From the IMG/VR virus record IMGVR_UViG_3300031227_000013: a stretch of DNA of 64,000 nucleotides. One strand, given 5' to 3'. This document shows positions 8,395 to 18,805 of this stretch, in pieces. The notes beneath the pieces are model-generated. The model was not told the origin of the DNA. It made no database searches and saw only the letters and a list, made by a program, of their open reading frames with translations. A program made the position numbers and the translations under genes. The number at the start of each line of letters is the position of its first letter. Positions within the stretch are counted from its first letter, which is position 1. The DNA comes from a virus.

Positions 8395-11300
8395 TTAAGT
8401 TATAGTGGAACTGGATATTGTGTCTGAAGTACTGCTTGTTATTTCTTCTGAAGAAGAGCTACTTATAGCATGGTCTATCCAGTATGCACCGGTTGCGGAA
8501 TTATAAAGTGCTTGAACTTCTGCTTGTGACATGCCGTGTCCTATCCATGCGCCTACTTCGTCCATTTGACCAGTCACATTATTACCACCGGGGTTGGCTC
8601 CAATATAAAGGTCTTTTGCAGTTGTAATATTATCAGAGTCGGAAATAGAATCGCTAGAATTATTTAAATATAAGTAAAGAGTTGACCCTATTCTGGTCAA
8701 TACAACATGGTTCCATGCACTTAGCGTTACTGATCCTGTACTTGTAACAGTGTGCCAAGGTGCTGATGCGGCGGCAGATGTGGCAACTTCAATTTTTAAA
8801 GCCACCATTGCTATATAAAACCCACCGTAAGAAGCTGAATCAGTTGCAAACATGATTACTGTAGCATTTACTGTTGGATATACCCAAAACGAGTAAGTGA
8901 AATCACCGGTTCCTGGTAATAAGCCGCTTGACGCAACATTCAAATATTGACTGCTGCCATTCAATGTAAATGCATTATTATGTTTTCCTGATGTGTATGT
9001 TGCAGACCCAACATTTGTAAGTGTATGGCTATTAATCGAATCCTCTATATCCTCAGCTTTCCAGTATGCTACCATGTCATCATTTAATCTACCTAGAATA
9101 TTTCCATTAGCTGTCCAATGTTGCGACTCTGGATTGTCGCTTGAGATGGAACTGCTTGTTATACCTTCCGAGGTACTTGAAGTACTGCTTGTTATACCTT
9201 CTGAACTGCTAGAAGTGCTACTTGTTATTTCTTCTGAGGAAGAGCTAGAACTGTAAGCAGGACCTTTATAGTAGGAACCTGTATTAGAATTATATAATGC
9301 TTGTACTTCTGTTAAGGACATTCCATGCCCCTTGTGAATAGAGAGCTGGTCTATTTGCCCATTTAACAATCTGCTTCTAGTGTTTGATACATACTGTGTT
9401 CCCAATTCAAAAGCTCTGCCACTATCCCCCAAATTACCTGAAAAACTTAGTGGACTACTGCCTGCTACCGCATTGACATAAATAGTAATTGTCCCTGAGA
9501 CCCTCGTCACTACAGTATGATACCACGTATCAACTAATATTTCAGTTGATGATGAAACACCGACAAATCCAGCATTATAATAAGAAAATGACATGACTGG
9601 CGTAGTATTACCATTGATAATTAATAAAGCATATCCATTTTCATTAGTTGCATCATTATACCATTTGTTATAAATTCCAGAGATATATGCGCTGTAAGGG
9701 TCTGCTGTAGGCAATTCATCCATATAGAACCATGTTGAAATGGTAAAATCCCCAGTTCCGAATCGTAGGTCTGCGGCATCTGCGGTGTATAGATATTGTG
9801 TTGAGCCGTTTAGTGTGAATGCATTATTATGTTTCCCTGCGGTAAATGTAGTTGAATTGACATTCGTAAGCGTATGACTATTAACAGAATCAGTTAAATC
9901 TTCAGCTTTCCAATACGCTACCATATCACTATCCAGCGGTCTAAGTATAGCATCGTTAGCCGTCCATGTATCATCAGCAGGAGAACTACTACTTGTTATA
10001 CCTTCCGAAGAACTACTACTACTTGTTATACCTTCCGAAGAACTACTACTACTTGTTATACCTTCCGAAGAAGAGCTAGAACTGTAAGCAGGACCTTTAT
10101 AGTAGGAACCTGTTCCTGAGTTATATAGGGCTGTATGTGAATTAGTATCAAGCGGGCTTCCTTTCCATATCGACACTTCGTCTATTTTACCTGTAAAATA
10201 TTCAGATGTAAAATCCCACTTACCTAAAGTTAAAGGAGCATCTGTGTCGTCAAATGCTCCACCAAAAACAAACGATATTTTTTCAACATCGTTAACCCTT
10301 ACTTTATAGGTTCCAGATTCTCTGTACAACATTAAGTGATTCCATACATTTTGAGTAACTGCACTTACTGCGCTTCCCTGGGCCCAAGTTCCATTACCAA
10401 GAAAGCATTTTAAAGTGGTATTTTCAACAAAACAAAGCAAACCAAGCTCATTGGTATTAGTTATTCCTAAAAAGAAATTACCATTTGCTGTTGATTCTGG
10501 GTGAATCCATATACTAATAGCAAAATCACCAGTTCCAAATTGAAAATCTGCATGATTAGCTACTGATAACCAATTTGCCCCGGAGGTTGTAGCACAATTA
10601 TCATGAATCCCAGCATTTGCAAAAGATACAGAACTATTATTTGTTAATGTATGAGAAGCAAAAGAATCCTCTACATCTTCAAGATTCCAATATGTCACTA
10701 AACTTGAATCAAATGGTTGAAGTGTTAGATTATTAGCAGTCCATGTATCATCAGCAGGAGAACTACTACTTGTTAAACCTTCCGAGGAAGTACTGCTTGT
10801 TATACCTTCCGAGGAAGTACTACTTGTTATACGTTCCGAGGAAGGAGTGCTTGAGCTACTTTCACTGGCTGAGAATCCTTCTGAACTGGTACTGGAACTT
10901 GAACTGCTTGTACTACTTGTGATTCTTTCAGAACTGGTGCTGGAGCTACTGGAACTTGAACTTGTTATTCCTAATGAACTGCTTGAACTTGTTATTCCTA
11001 ATGAACTGCTTGAACTTGTTATTCCTAATGAACTGCTTGAACTGCTTGAACTTGTTATTCCTAATGAACTGCTTGAACTGCTTGAACTTGTTATTCCTAA
11101 TGAACTGCTTGAACTACTTGAACTGCTTGAACTGCTTGAACTTGTTATTCCTAATGAACTGCTTGAACTGCTTGAACTACTTGAACTGCTTGAACTTGAA
11201 GAACTATTCGAGCTACTGGAGCTAGTACTTAAAGGATTGGAACTACTACTAGAACTGCTGGAGCTAGAGCTGCTGGAGCTAGAGCTGGAGCTGTTAGAGC

Positions 11301-11712
11301 TTGAACTTGAACTATTGGAACTGCTGGAGCTTGAACTGCTGGAACTTGAATTGCTGGAACTTGAAGAACTACTTGAAGAAGAGCTTGAGTTACTCGAACT
11401 TGTTGTTAATACTTCTGTACTGCTGGAACTACTCATCTCATAAAATTTATTAAGTTTAAGCTTTCTCCATGAATCAGTGTTTACACACTCGTAATAATAT
11501 CCAGTTGTTAAAGCCCATTGTCCCGGCAGACCTGTTGAATCGAAATAGGCAGGGGGGTCCACCTGAGTACATCTACGGTATTGTTCCGCATCCATATACC
11601 CGTCTAAACTGGAAGTAGCCCGTCTGCGAACTCTCTCCCAGTTGTTCTTAGAGAGATGTCCTCTTTCGGCTTTTAATCCGCCTTGTTTATGTAATTTAAA
11701 GTTTATAGCCAT
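8395..11712 (-). CDS. Poly-Ser virion fibre-like protein with three LamG/concanavalin A-like domains
   Basis: Repeated VAYWKAED, GDFTISTW, WNHVVLTR, GQ(M/I)D(E/Q)V motifs separated by Ser tracts. Confidence 0.85.
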   Translation of the reverse strand: MAINFKLHKQGGLKAERGHLSKNNWERVRRRATSSLDGYMDAEQYRRCTQVDPPAYFDSTGLPGQWALTTGYYYECVNTDSWRKLKLNKFYEMSSSSSTEVLTTSSSNSSSSSSSSSSSSNSSSSSSSSSSSNSSSSSSNSSSSSSSSSSSSSSSSSSNPLSTSSSSSNSSSSSSSSSSSSSSSSSLGITSSSSSSSSSSSSSSLGITSSSSSSSSLGITSSSSSSSSLGITSSSSSLGITSSSSSLGITSSSSSSSSTSSERITSSTSSSSSSTSSEGFSASESSSSTPSSERITSSTSSEGITSSTSSEGLTSSSSPADDTWTANNLTLQPFDSSLVTYWNLEDVEDSFASHTLTNNSSVSFANAGIHDNCATTSGANWLSVANHADFQFGTGDFAISIWIHPESTANGNFFLGITNTNELGLLCFVENTTLKCFLGNGTWAQGSAVSAVTQNVWNHLMLYRESGTYKVRVNDVEKISFVFGGAFDDTDAPLTLGKWDFTSEYFTGKIDEVSIWKGSPLDTNSHTALYNSGTGSYYKGPAYSSSSSSEGITSSSSSSEGITSSSSSSEGITSSSSPADDTWTANDAILRPLDSDMVAYWKAEDLTDSVNSHTLTNVNSTTFTAGKHNNAFTLNGSTQYLYTADAADLRFGTGDFTISTWFYMDELPTADPYSAYISGIYNKWYNDATNENGYALLIINGNTTPVMSFSYYNAGFVGVSSSTEILVDTWYHTVVTRVSGTITIYVNAVAGSSPLSFSGNLGDSGRAFELGTQYVSNTRSRLLNGQIDQLSIHKGHGMSLTEVQALYNSNTGSYYKGPAYSSSSSSEEITSSTSSSSEGITSSTSSTSEGITSSSISSDNPESQHWTANGNILGRLNDDMVAYWKAEDIEDSINSHTLTNVGSATYTSGKHNNAFTLNGSSQYLNVASSGLLPGTGDFTYSFWVYPTVNATVIMFATDSASYGGFYIAMVALKIEVATSAAASAPWHTVTSTGSVTLSAWNHVVLTRIGSTLYLYLNNSSDSISDSDNITTAKDLYIGANPGGNNVTGQMDEVGAWIGHGMSQAEVQALYNSATGAYWIDHAISSSSSEEITSSTSDTISSSTIT

Positions 11713-11717
11713 TTTAA

Positions 11718-11739
11718 TTTTCTACCATGGTAGACTTTT
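11718..11739. repeat. Palindromic motif TCTACCATGGTAGA, copy 1 of 3
   Basis: TTTTCTACCATGGTAGACTTTT identical at 53856-53877; inverted copy at 32630-32647. Confidence 0.85.
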
Positions 11740-11822
11740 ATGTTATTAACAGCCTTCTATTAATATTGGCTGTAAGTCCTCTTCTTTCAAGAATCGCATT
11801 AAATTGTTTCTGATTATGTTAT

Positions 11823-14800
11823 TTAAGTTATATCTTCTGAAGAAGTACTACTGCTTGTTATACGTTCTGAGGTGCTGCTTGTTATACGTTCTGAGGTGCT
11901 GCTTCTGACTCCGGTTCCCTGAATATAAATATCATCATAATATCCGTATGCAGTGTTATCAGATGAACCATTAGCTATATGCAATGAATTTATTCCACCA
12001 ACATTATGCTGGAAAGAAACAGTATTCTTATAAACCCCGTCAACTTTTACTTTAAAAGTATATGCCTCGAAATCAAAATCATAAAGTCTTATAGAATACC
12101 ATGTTATTACGGAAATAGTCATTACGTCATCAAAATTTGCAACCATTTTTTTAACACCATCAATATAATTTAAATGAATAACTGCAATTATTTCGGCATC
12201 TGGACCTAACAGATATGCTTGTGCACTATTCGGATCAGTATTACTCATATACATTTTAAAATCAATAATAACATTGGTATCCAATGTATCAAAAAATACA
12301 TTAGCCTCGTTATCATCAGGCATTAAACGAGCAACATAATCCCCATCCAAATTAACTATGATGGGGGTGTCACCAGCTCCGGTAATATCCCATTTATCAA
12401 ATGTACCATCCTGAAAATCATCATAAAAAGGTAAATCTTCTAGTGTGCTTGAGCTACTTGTTATACCTTCTGAAGTACTACTGCTTGTTATACGTTCTGA
12501 AGTACTGCTTGTTATACGTTCCGAGCTACTACTTGTTATACGTTCCGAGCTTGTACTGCTTGTTATACCTTCCGAAGAAGTACTACTGCTTGTTATACCT
12601 TCCGAAGAACTGGATATTGTGTCTGAGGTACTACTTGTTATACCTTCTGAGGTACTGCTACTTGTTATACCTTCCGAGGAAGTACTACTGCTTGTTATAC
12701 GTTCCGAAGTACTACTTGTTATACGTTCTGAGGAAGAGCTACTGGAAGAACTGCTATCTTGAATTCCCTGAACATAAATATCATTATAATATCCGTATGT
12801 GTCATTATTTATTGAGCTATCATATAACTGTATTGCATTTACTCCAATAACATTATTTTCAAAAGAATAGGTGTCTTTATAGTCTCCATTAACTTTTAAT
12901 TTAAAAGTATATGCGCTAAAATCAAAATCATAAAGTTTTATAGAATACCATGTTGTAACTGAAATATCCATTACCTCAGTAGCTAAAATAAACATTTTTT
13001 TCACACCTGCGACATAATTTAAATAAATACTTGCTATTATGTCGCTACCCGGACCGAGTATAATTGCTCTCGCACTACTAGGATCGTCATTACTCATATA
13101 CATCTTAAGATCAATAATAACACTAGAACTAACTGTCTCAAAAGTTGCTAAGATGTCTTTATCCTGTGATTGTAAATAGGCAACATAATCTCCACTTAAA
13201 TTAACTACAGACGGTTCTGTTCCACTACCGATGATATCCCATTTATCTAATGTTCCGTCCTGGAAGTCATCCCAGAAAGGTAGTTCCTCTAGTGTACTAC
13301 TGCTTGTTATACCCGCCGAGGTAGTACTGCTGGATATTGTGTCTGAGGTACTACTTGAGCTTGGGGAACTTGTACTACTTGAACTTAGGGAACTTGAACT
13401 ACTTAAAGAGCTAGAGCTTGTAGTTAACTCTTCTGAACTACTTAAAGAGCTAGAGCTTGTAGTTAACTCTTCTGAACTACTTGAAGAGCTAGAGCTTGTA
13501 GTTAAAGCTTCTGAACTACTTAAAGAGCTAGAGCTTGTAGTTAACTCTTCTGAACTGGAACTTGTTGTCATAACTTCTGTGCCGGAGCTTGAATGTTCAT
13601 TATCTATAACTGCATATCGTTTTCTAGGTTCTCCTCCTACTTCAGTAAAAGCACCTCCTAAATAAACATGTCCTTCATCTGATGCTATTGAAAAGACAAC
13701 ACTATTACAATTAGGATTCCAACTACTAAGAGTAGCATCTGTATTGTTAACCCTGGATACTCTGTTTCTAGTAGTACCTCCTACTGTTGTAAAACTACCT
13801 CCTAGATAAATATCACTTCCGTCTATTTCAATATCATAAACAACACTATTACAATCAGGATCCCACGTAGCATCAACTGCTCCGTCTGTATTATTAACTT
13901 TAGCCCCTCTATTTCTAGCAGTTACTCCTACTGTAGTAAAATCACCCCCTAGATAAATATCAGACCCATCTACTTCAATGTCACGCACCTCATCATTACA
14001 ATCAGGATCCCATGAACCATCTGCAGTACCATCCGTATTATTAACTTTAGCAACATTATTTCTAGCAGTTACTCCTACTGTAGTGAACTCACCCCCTATA
14101 TAAAAATCAGACCCATCGCGCACAATAGATTTAACAGTACCATTACATTCAGGGTCCCAACTACCCAGAGTCGCTGTAGAAATATTTAGTTCAGCTGCTC
14201 TTGCTCTGTAAGTGCCGTCAATATAGGTAAAACTACCTCCAATTTGCAAGTAACCATCATATGCTAAGGTATAGACAGTGCTATTAACACTGCCTGGATT
14301 CCATAAAGAAACTGACCCTGTTGTATTAACTTTACAAACCTTGGAGTGTGAAACCCCCCCAGCGCTGGAAAAAGCACCTCCTATATATATATTCCCACTA
14401 GCTATTATCATAGCATAAACAGTACTACCAATATTAGGATTCCAGGAGCCTATACTCCCATCAGGCTCGATATAACATGCTTTATTTCTTGTAATTCCCT
14501 CTACTGATGTAAATGCACCTCCAACATATTTTCCACCGTCTGCGTCAACAACAATAGTATATACAGACCCATTAAAATTATAATCCCCCATCCAGTGATC
14601 ACTTGAAGTACTACTTGTTATACGTTCTGAAGTACTACTTGTTATACGTTCTGAAGTACTACTTGTTATACGTTCTGAGGAGCTGGAGCTTGTTGTTAAT
14701 ACTTCTGTACTGGGGCTGGAGCTTGAGCTTGTCGGTAATGCCTCTGTACTGGAGCTGGAGCTGGAGCTTGTCGTTAATACTTCCGTACTGGAACTACTAC

Positions 14801-17456
14801 TTGAGCTTGTTGTAAGAGCTACTGAGCTGGAGCTACTACTTGTTGTTAAGACTTCTGTACTACTAGAGCTTGCATTATCCTTAGTAACAGCCACATAATA
14901 AGATTTATTCTCTCCCCCTACTGTAGTGAAGGCACCTCCCAAATAAACATATATACTATCCAGGGCTAGTGTATACACATAATTATTACAATTAGGATTC
15001 CATGAGCCCTCAGCAGTCCCATCCGTATTATTTACTTTAGCAATATAATTTCTAGTAGTACCTCCTACTGTAGTGAAATAACCTCCTAAGTATATGCTAT
15101 CTCCATCAACCCCTGCTGAAGAGACATAACTATTACAATCAGGATCCCACGTAGCATCAACTGCTCCGTCTGTATTATTAACTTTAGCCGCATAATTTCT
15201 AGTTGTTCCTCCTACTGAAGTGAACTGACCCCCTAGATAAAAATCTGATCCATCAATAGCTATTGCATAAACAGTACTACTACAATCAGGATCCCAGGAA
15301 GCATCAAGAGTAGCATCTGTAATGCTAACTTTAGCAATTCTATTTCTAGTGGTACTTTTTACTGTAGTGAAGACACCTCCCATGTATATATAACTTCCAT
15401 CAATAACCATATCCCAAACATTACCATTACATTCAGGAAGCCAACTATTATTGTGAGTAGCATTTGTATTATTTACACTAATTGCATACGGCTTAGAAAG
15501 TCCCCCTACTGTAGTGAAGGAACCCCCCATGTATATATAACTTCCATTTGTTATAATTGTTAAAACTGATGAGTTACAATTAGGGTTCCATGAGGCGTTG
15601 AGAGTACCATCCGTACTATTAACTTTAGCAACATTATTTCTAGTAGTACCTCCTACTGTTGTAAAATTACCTCCTAGATAAATATCGCCTCCGTCAATAG
15701 CTATTGCATAAACAGTGCCATTACAGTTAGGATCCCAGGTACTAATACTACCATCTACATTAATCTTACAAGCTCCATTTCTTGTAAGTCCATCTACTGT
15801 TGTAAATACCCCCCCAATATACTTATTTCCTGCATCATCAATAACAATAGTACGTACATAATCATTAAAATCATAGTCTACATCCCAAGAATGACTGACA
15901 GGGCTGCTGGAACTTGGAGAAGAAGTACTACTAGTTATACGTTCTGAACTGCTTGAGCTACTGGGAGAAGAAGAACTCGAGCTGTTTGAGCTTGAGCTGC
16001 TGGAGCTACTGGAACTTGAACTGTTTGAGCTACTAGAGTTTGAACTACTGGAGCTACTTGAGTTGCTGGAACTGGTAGTTAAAGCTTCTGTACTCGAACT
16101 GCTGGAACTTGAACTACTGGAACTTGTTGTCATTACTTCTGTGCTGGAACTGCTGGAGCTTGTTATAATTCCCCGTGAACTGGAACTGGATGTAGAAGTA
16201 AGGGATTGAGTGCTTGATGAACTGAATGAAGACTCACTGGTTGTACTGTTAACACTGCTTGTACTTCTATTCCCCTTACTACTCTCCGATTTACTACTTT
16301 CAGATAAGCTTGTTTCTGATGCTGTACTTATACTGCTACTACTATTTGAACTGTTTACACTACTCTCTGATTTACTGCTTTCAGACAGACTTGTTTCTGA
16401 TTCGCTTTGTCCTGATGTTGAACTTTGAGAGCTTGAACTTGTTATAATTCCCCGTGAACTGGAACTGGAAATAGATGTAAAAGATTGGGAACTGGATGTT
16501 GAACTTGTAAAAATATTTGAGGTACTGCTGGTAATACGTTCTGAGCTTAAACTCGAAGAACTGGAACTGGTAATAACACCTTCACTGCTTGTACTGCTAC
16601 TACTTGTAATAATTCCCTCTGAGCTGATACTGGAAGGTGAAGTCTGTGAATGACTGCTTGTACTTCTATTCCCCTTACTGCTTTCCGAAGCACTACTTTC
16701 CGAACGGCTGCTCTCGGAAGCTGTGCTTCTACTGCTAGTACTGGTAGTGCTGTTTACACTACTCTCTGATTTACTGCTTTCAGACAGACTTGTTTCTGAT
16801 TCGCTTTGTCCTGAAGACTGACTGGAAGAACTAGACGATGTGGTTAAGGCCAATGTACTGGATGATGATGTTATTCCCAAAGAAGACGAACTACTGGAGC
16901 TACTTGAACTTGAACTACTGGAGCTACTTGATGATTCACTCATAGTACTACTGGAATTAGACGAGCTTGAGCTTGATGAACTCGAACTAAATGAACTTGA
17001 ACTACTCGAGGAAGTAGTCATAACTAATGTACTACTACTTGAAGAGCTTAGGCTGCTGCTACTGGAGCTGGAACTGTTAGAACTGCTTGAATTACTGGAT
17101 GTAGACGAACTGGAATTAGATGAAGTAGAACTGCTGGAACTTGAGACAGAAGTGGTTGAAGAACTGGAAGGTCTGAATATATCTAATTCTGATCTACGCC
17201 AGCCCGCACCTGTGTAAAAATAAAGATAATCGTCGTTTATCGCACGTTGTCCGGATTCTCCTGTTGTAGACATAGATGCCGGAACATCTGTATATTCTAC
17301 AGCTTTTGCCAGAGTAGGCGACATAAGCCCGTTAAGCAACGCTGTGGTTCTTCGTGTAGAAACAGTAGTCTGGGCAAGGGTCTGGTGATATTTCTCGTAG
17401 GGGACGTTTATGCCCCCCTGATCGTGTTCCTTAGGATTTATAACGTAATCAGCCAT
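11823..17456 (-). CDS. 1877-aa poly-Ser virion protein with two beta-propeller repeat blocks and two C-terminal jelly-roll-like domains
   Basis: Repeats of DGSDIYLGGxFTTVGGTTRNxxAKVNxTDG..WDPxCN; duplicated LE(E/D)LPF(W/Y)DDFQDG domains; Ser linkers. Confidence 0.8.
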   Translation of the reverse strand: MADYVINPKEHDQGGINVPYEKYHQTLAQTTVSTRRTTALLNGLMSPTLAKAVEYTDVPASMSTTGESGQRAINDDYLYFYTGAGWRRSELDIFRPSSSSTTSVSSSSSSTSSNSSSSTSSNSSSSNSSSSSSSSLSSSSSSTLVMTTSSSSSSSFSSSSSSSSSSNSSSTMSESSSSSSSSSSSSSSSSSSLGITSSSSTLALTTSSSSSSQSSGQSESETSLSESSKSESSVNSTTSTSSRSTASESSRSESSASESSKGNRSTSSHSQTSPSSISSEGIITSSSSTSSEGVITSSSSSSLSSERITSSTSNIFTSSTSSSQSFTSISSSSSRGIITSSSSQSSTSGQSESETSLSESSKSESSVNSSNSSSSISTASETSLSESSKSESSKGNRSTSSVNSTTSESSFSSSSTQSLTSTSSSSSRGIITSSSSSSTEVMTTSSSSSSSSSSSTEALTTSSSNSSSSSSSNSSSSNSSSSSSSSSSSSNSSSSSSPSSSSSSERITSSTSSPSSSSPVSHSWDVDYDFNDYVRTIVIDDAGNKYIGGVFTTVDGLTRNGACKINVDGSISTWDPNCNGTVYAIAIDGGDIYLGGNFTTVGGTTRNNVAKVNSTDGTLNASWNPNCNSSVLTIITNGSYIYMGGSFTTVGGLSKPYAISVNNTNATHNNSWLPECNGNVWDMVIDGSYIYMGGVFTTVKSTTRNRIAKVSITDATLDASWDPDCSSTVYAIAIDGSDFYLGGQFTSVGGTTRNYAAKVNNTDGAVDATWDPDCNSYVSSAGVDGDSIYLGGYFTTVGGTTRNYIAKVNNTDGTAEGSWNPNCNNYVYTLALDSIYVYLGGAFTTVGGENKSYYVAVTKDNASSSSTEVLTTSSSSSSVALTTSSSSSSSTEVLTTSSSSSSSTEALPTSSSSSPSTEVLTTSSSSSERITSSTSERITSSTSERITSSTSSDHWMGDYNFNGSVYTIVVDADGGKYVGGAFTSVEGITRNKACYIEPDGSIGSWNPNIGSTVYAMIIASGNIYIGGAFSSAGGVSHSKVCKVNTTGSVSLWNPGSVNSTVYTLAYDGYLQIGGSFTYIDGTYRARAAELNISTATLGSWDPECNGTVKSIVRDGSDFYIGGEFTTVGVTARNNVAKVNNTDGTADGSWDPDCNDEVRDIEVDGSDIYLGGDFTTVGVTARNRGAKVNNTDGAVDATWDPDCNSVVYDIEIDGSDIYLGGSFTTVGGTTRNRVSRVNNTDATLSSWNPNCNSVVFSIASDEGHVYLGGAFTEVGGEPRKRYAVIDNEHSSSGTEVMTTSSSSEELTTSSSSLSSSEALTTSSSSSSSSEELTTSSSSLSSSEELTTSSSSLSSSSSLSSSSTSSPSSSSTSDTISSSTTSAGITSSSTLEELPFWDDFQDGTLDKWDIIGSGTEPSVVNLSGDYVAYLQSQDKDILATFETVSSSVIIDLKMYMSNDDPSSARAIILGPGSDIIASIYLNYVAGVKKMFILATEVMDISVTTWYSIKLYDFDFSAYTFKLKVNGDYKDTYSFENNVIGVNAIQLYDSSINNDTYGYYNDIYVQGIQDSSSSSSSSSERITSSTSERITSSSTSSEGITSSSTSEGITSSTSDTISSSSEGITSSSTSSEGITSSTSSERITSSSSERITSSTSERITSSSTSEGITSSSSTLEDLPFYDDFQDGTFDKWDITGAGDTPIIVNLDGDYVARLMPDDNEANVFFDTLDTNVIIDFKMYMSNTDPNSAQAYLLGPDAEIIAVIHLNYIDGVKKMVANFDDVMTISVITWYSIRLYDFDFEAYTFKVKVDGVYKNTVSFQHNVGGINSLHIANGSSDNTAYGYYDDIYIQGTGVRSSTSERITSSTSERITSSSTSSEDIT

Positions 17457-17468
17457 TGCCGGTATTCC

Positions 17469-17753
17469 TTAAAAAGTTTCCGCTTCGGCTCTACGCCACC
17501 CGTCGGTTGTATAAAAATATATATAATATTCGTCCTGCGCCCGTTGCCCTATGCTCCCGGGATCTGTCATATGTGTTGGAACACCCACAAGCTCCAGAGT
17601 TCCAAACAGCCCGTAAGGCATAAGCCCTTCTCTGGAAGCTGTAGCCAGTCGGGTAGCAACAGTATGTTCCGACGCCATTAAATGATATTTCTCGTAAGGA
17701 GTATCTACTCCCCCGAGATTATGTTCTATCGGATTAATTGTGTAATCAGGCAT
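17469..17753 (-). CDS. Stand-alone copy of the N-terminal domain of the two poly-Ser proteins
   Basis: MPDYTINP..GGVDTPYEKYH..GQRA.DEYYIYFYT.DGWRR aligns by eye with the 11823-17456 N-terminus. Confidence 0.75.
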   Translation of the reverse strand: MPDYTINPIEHNLGGVDTPYEKYHLMASEHTVATRLATASREGLMPYGLFGTLELVGVPTHMTDPGSIGQRAQDEYYIYFYTTDGWRRAEAETF

Positions 17754-17759
17754 ATTTAC

Positions 17760-18146
17760 CTATCTATTAGCGACCTGCCATGCGGACCAACCGTGTTCAT
17801 CACAGAAGTAGTAAAGGACATGCGCCGCTTTTCTAAGCATAAATCTTTTAATGAATCTATACCAAGGCAACGTTTCCCTGAGTATAGCCATATTGATTTT
17901 AGCTCTGTCGTTAGATTTGTTAAATGATTTTCTTGATCTGTCTATACAAAATTTAAAGTCAAAGTCATGTATAATGTATACGAGTCTGTAGAATTGTAGA
18001 GCATAGGTTATACGTTTTCGTATAGTATTAGACAGCCATGCGGGACCTATCCCATTCCAAGCTCCGATTATATCTATATCGGATGTTTCCCAGAATAGCG
18101 GGTCCACCTTAAGCATAGCTTCTTTTACCTGTTCCCTAATCTGCAT
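17760..18146 (-). CDS. Hypothetical phage protein, DUF1353/phospholipase A2-like motif
   Basis: NGIGPAW..IIHDFDF..KSND pattern. Confidence 0.45.
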   Translation of the reverse strand: MQIREQVKEAMLKVDPLFWETSDIDIIGAWNGIGPAWLSNTIRKRITYALQFYRLVYIIHDFDFKFCIDRSRKSFNKSNDRAKINMAILRETLPWYRFIKRFMLRKAAHVLYYFCDEHGWSAWQVANR

Positions 18147-18486
18147 CCTTGGTATCCTCTATACGAAAACATTGATAACCTTCACCCTCACCTTTTATGA
18201 GTGAAATATCACTGAATCCAAATTCAGAATCATATATCTGACCTTTACTGATCCTGGCAGATTCATATTTAATTACTCCAAACCTAATTGTCGGTATTTT
18301 CGTAGTAGGGTCAATACCAACATCAAGACCATATACCCTTATAGAGTAAAAAGTACTGTTATCATATTCTATAGTTTCTTTAATTAGATAAGACTTACCA
18401 TCTATGATTGTGTACTCTCTAATAATTTTACTGGGAGTAGCACAGCCCGCACAGACTAACAGTAATATAAGTATTAAATATTTCAT
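18136..18486 (-). CDS. Putative lipoprotein
   Basis: MKYLILILLLVCAGC lipobox signal. Confidence 0.65.
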   Translation of the reverse strand: MKYLILILLLVCAGCATPSKIIREYTIIDGKSYLIKETIEYDNSTFYSIRVYGLDVGIDPTTKIPTIRFGVIKYESARISKGQIYDSEFGFSDISLIKGEGEGYQCFRIEDTKDAD

Positions 18487-18764
18487 GCCTTACCTTCCTT
18501 TTCCAGAAACATTCTTCTGGCTTTAGCCCTGACCTTAGACTCTGTCCACTCCTGTTCCGGAAACACCTTAGCCAGCATTTCCGATACCACCCTTGTGGAT
18601 GTTATCGGATAATACTTAGTAAGTATCTTTTCCGCTTCCGGATCCCAGACGACTGTCGACTCGGTAGGGTTTTCCTTTGCTATCTGATCGAACTCTTTCC
18701 AGAGATCTTCACTCATTCTCAGCGTTGTTACTTTTTTATCCAACGTTCCTCCAGAGACATTCAT
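18483..18764 (-). CDS. Small putative DNA-binding protein (ribbon-helix-helix-like)
   Basis: VTTLRMSEDLWKEFDQIAKE resembles the RHH strand-helix. Confidence 0.45.
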   Translation of the reverse strand: MNVSGGTLDKKVTTLRMSEDLWKEFDQIAKENPTESTVVWDPEAEKILTKYYPITSTRVVSEMLAKVFPEQEWTESKVRAKARRMFLEKEGKA

Positions 18765-18805
18765 GTTTCGCTCCTGTATTTAATATAGTCTGATTATATG
18801 CTTTT

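Noticed and set aside
10000-13560. Short regularly spaced repeats that could suggest a CRISPR array
   Set aside because: They are in-frame coding repeats of Ser linkers with no unique spacers and no cas genes
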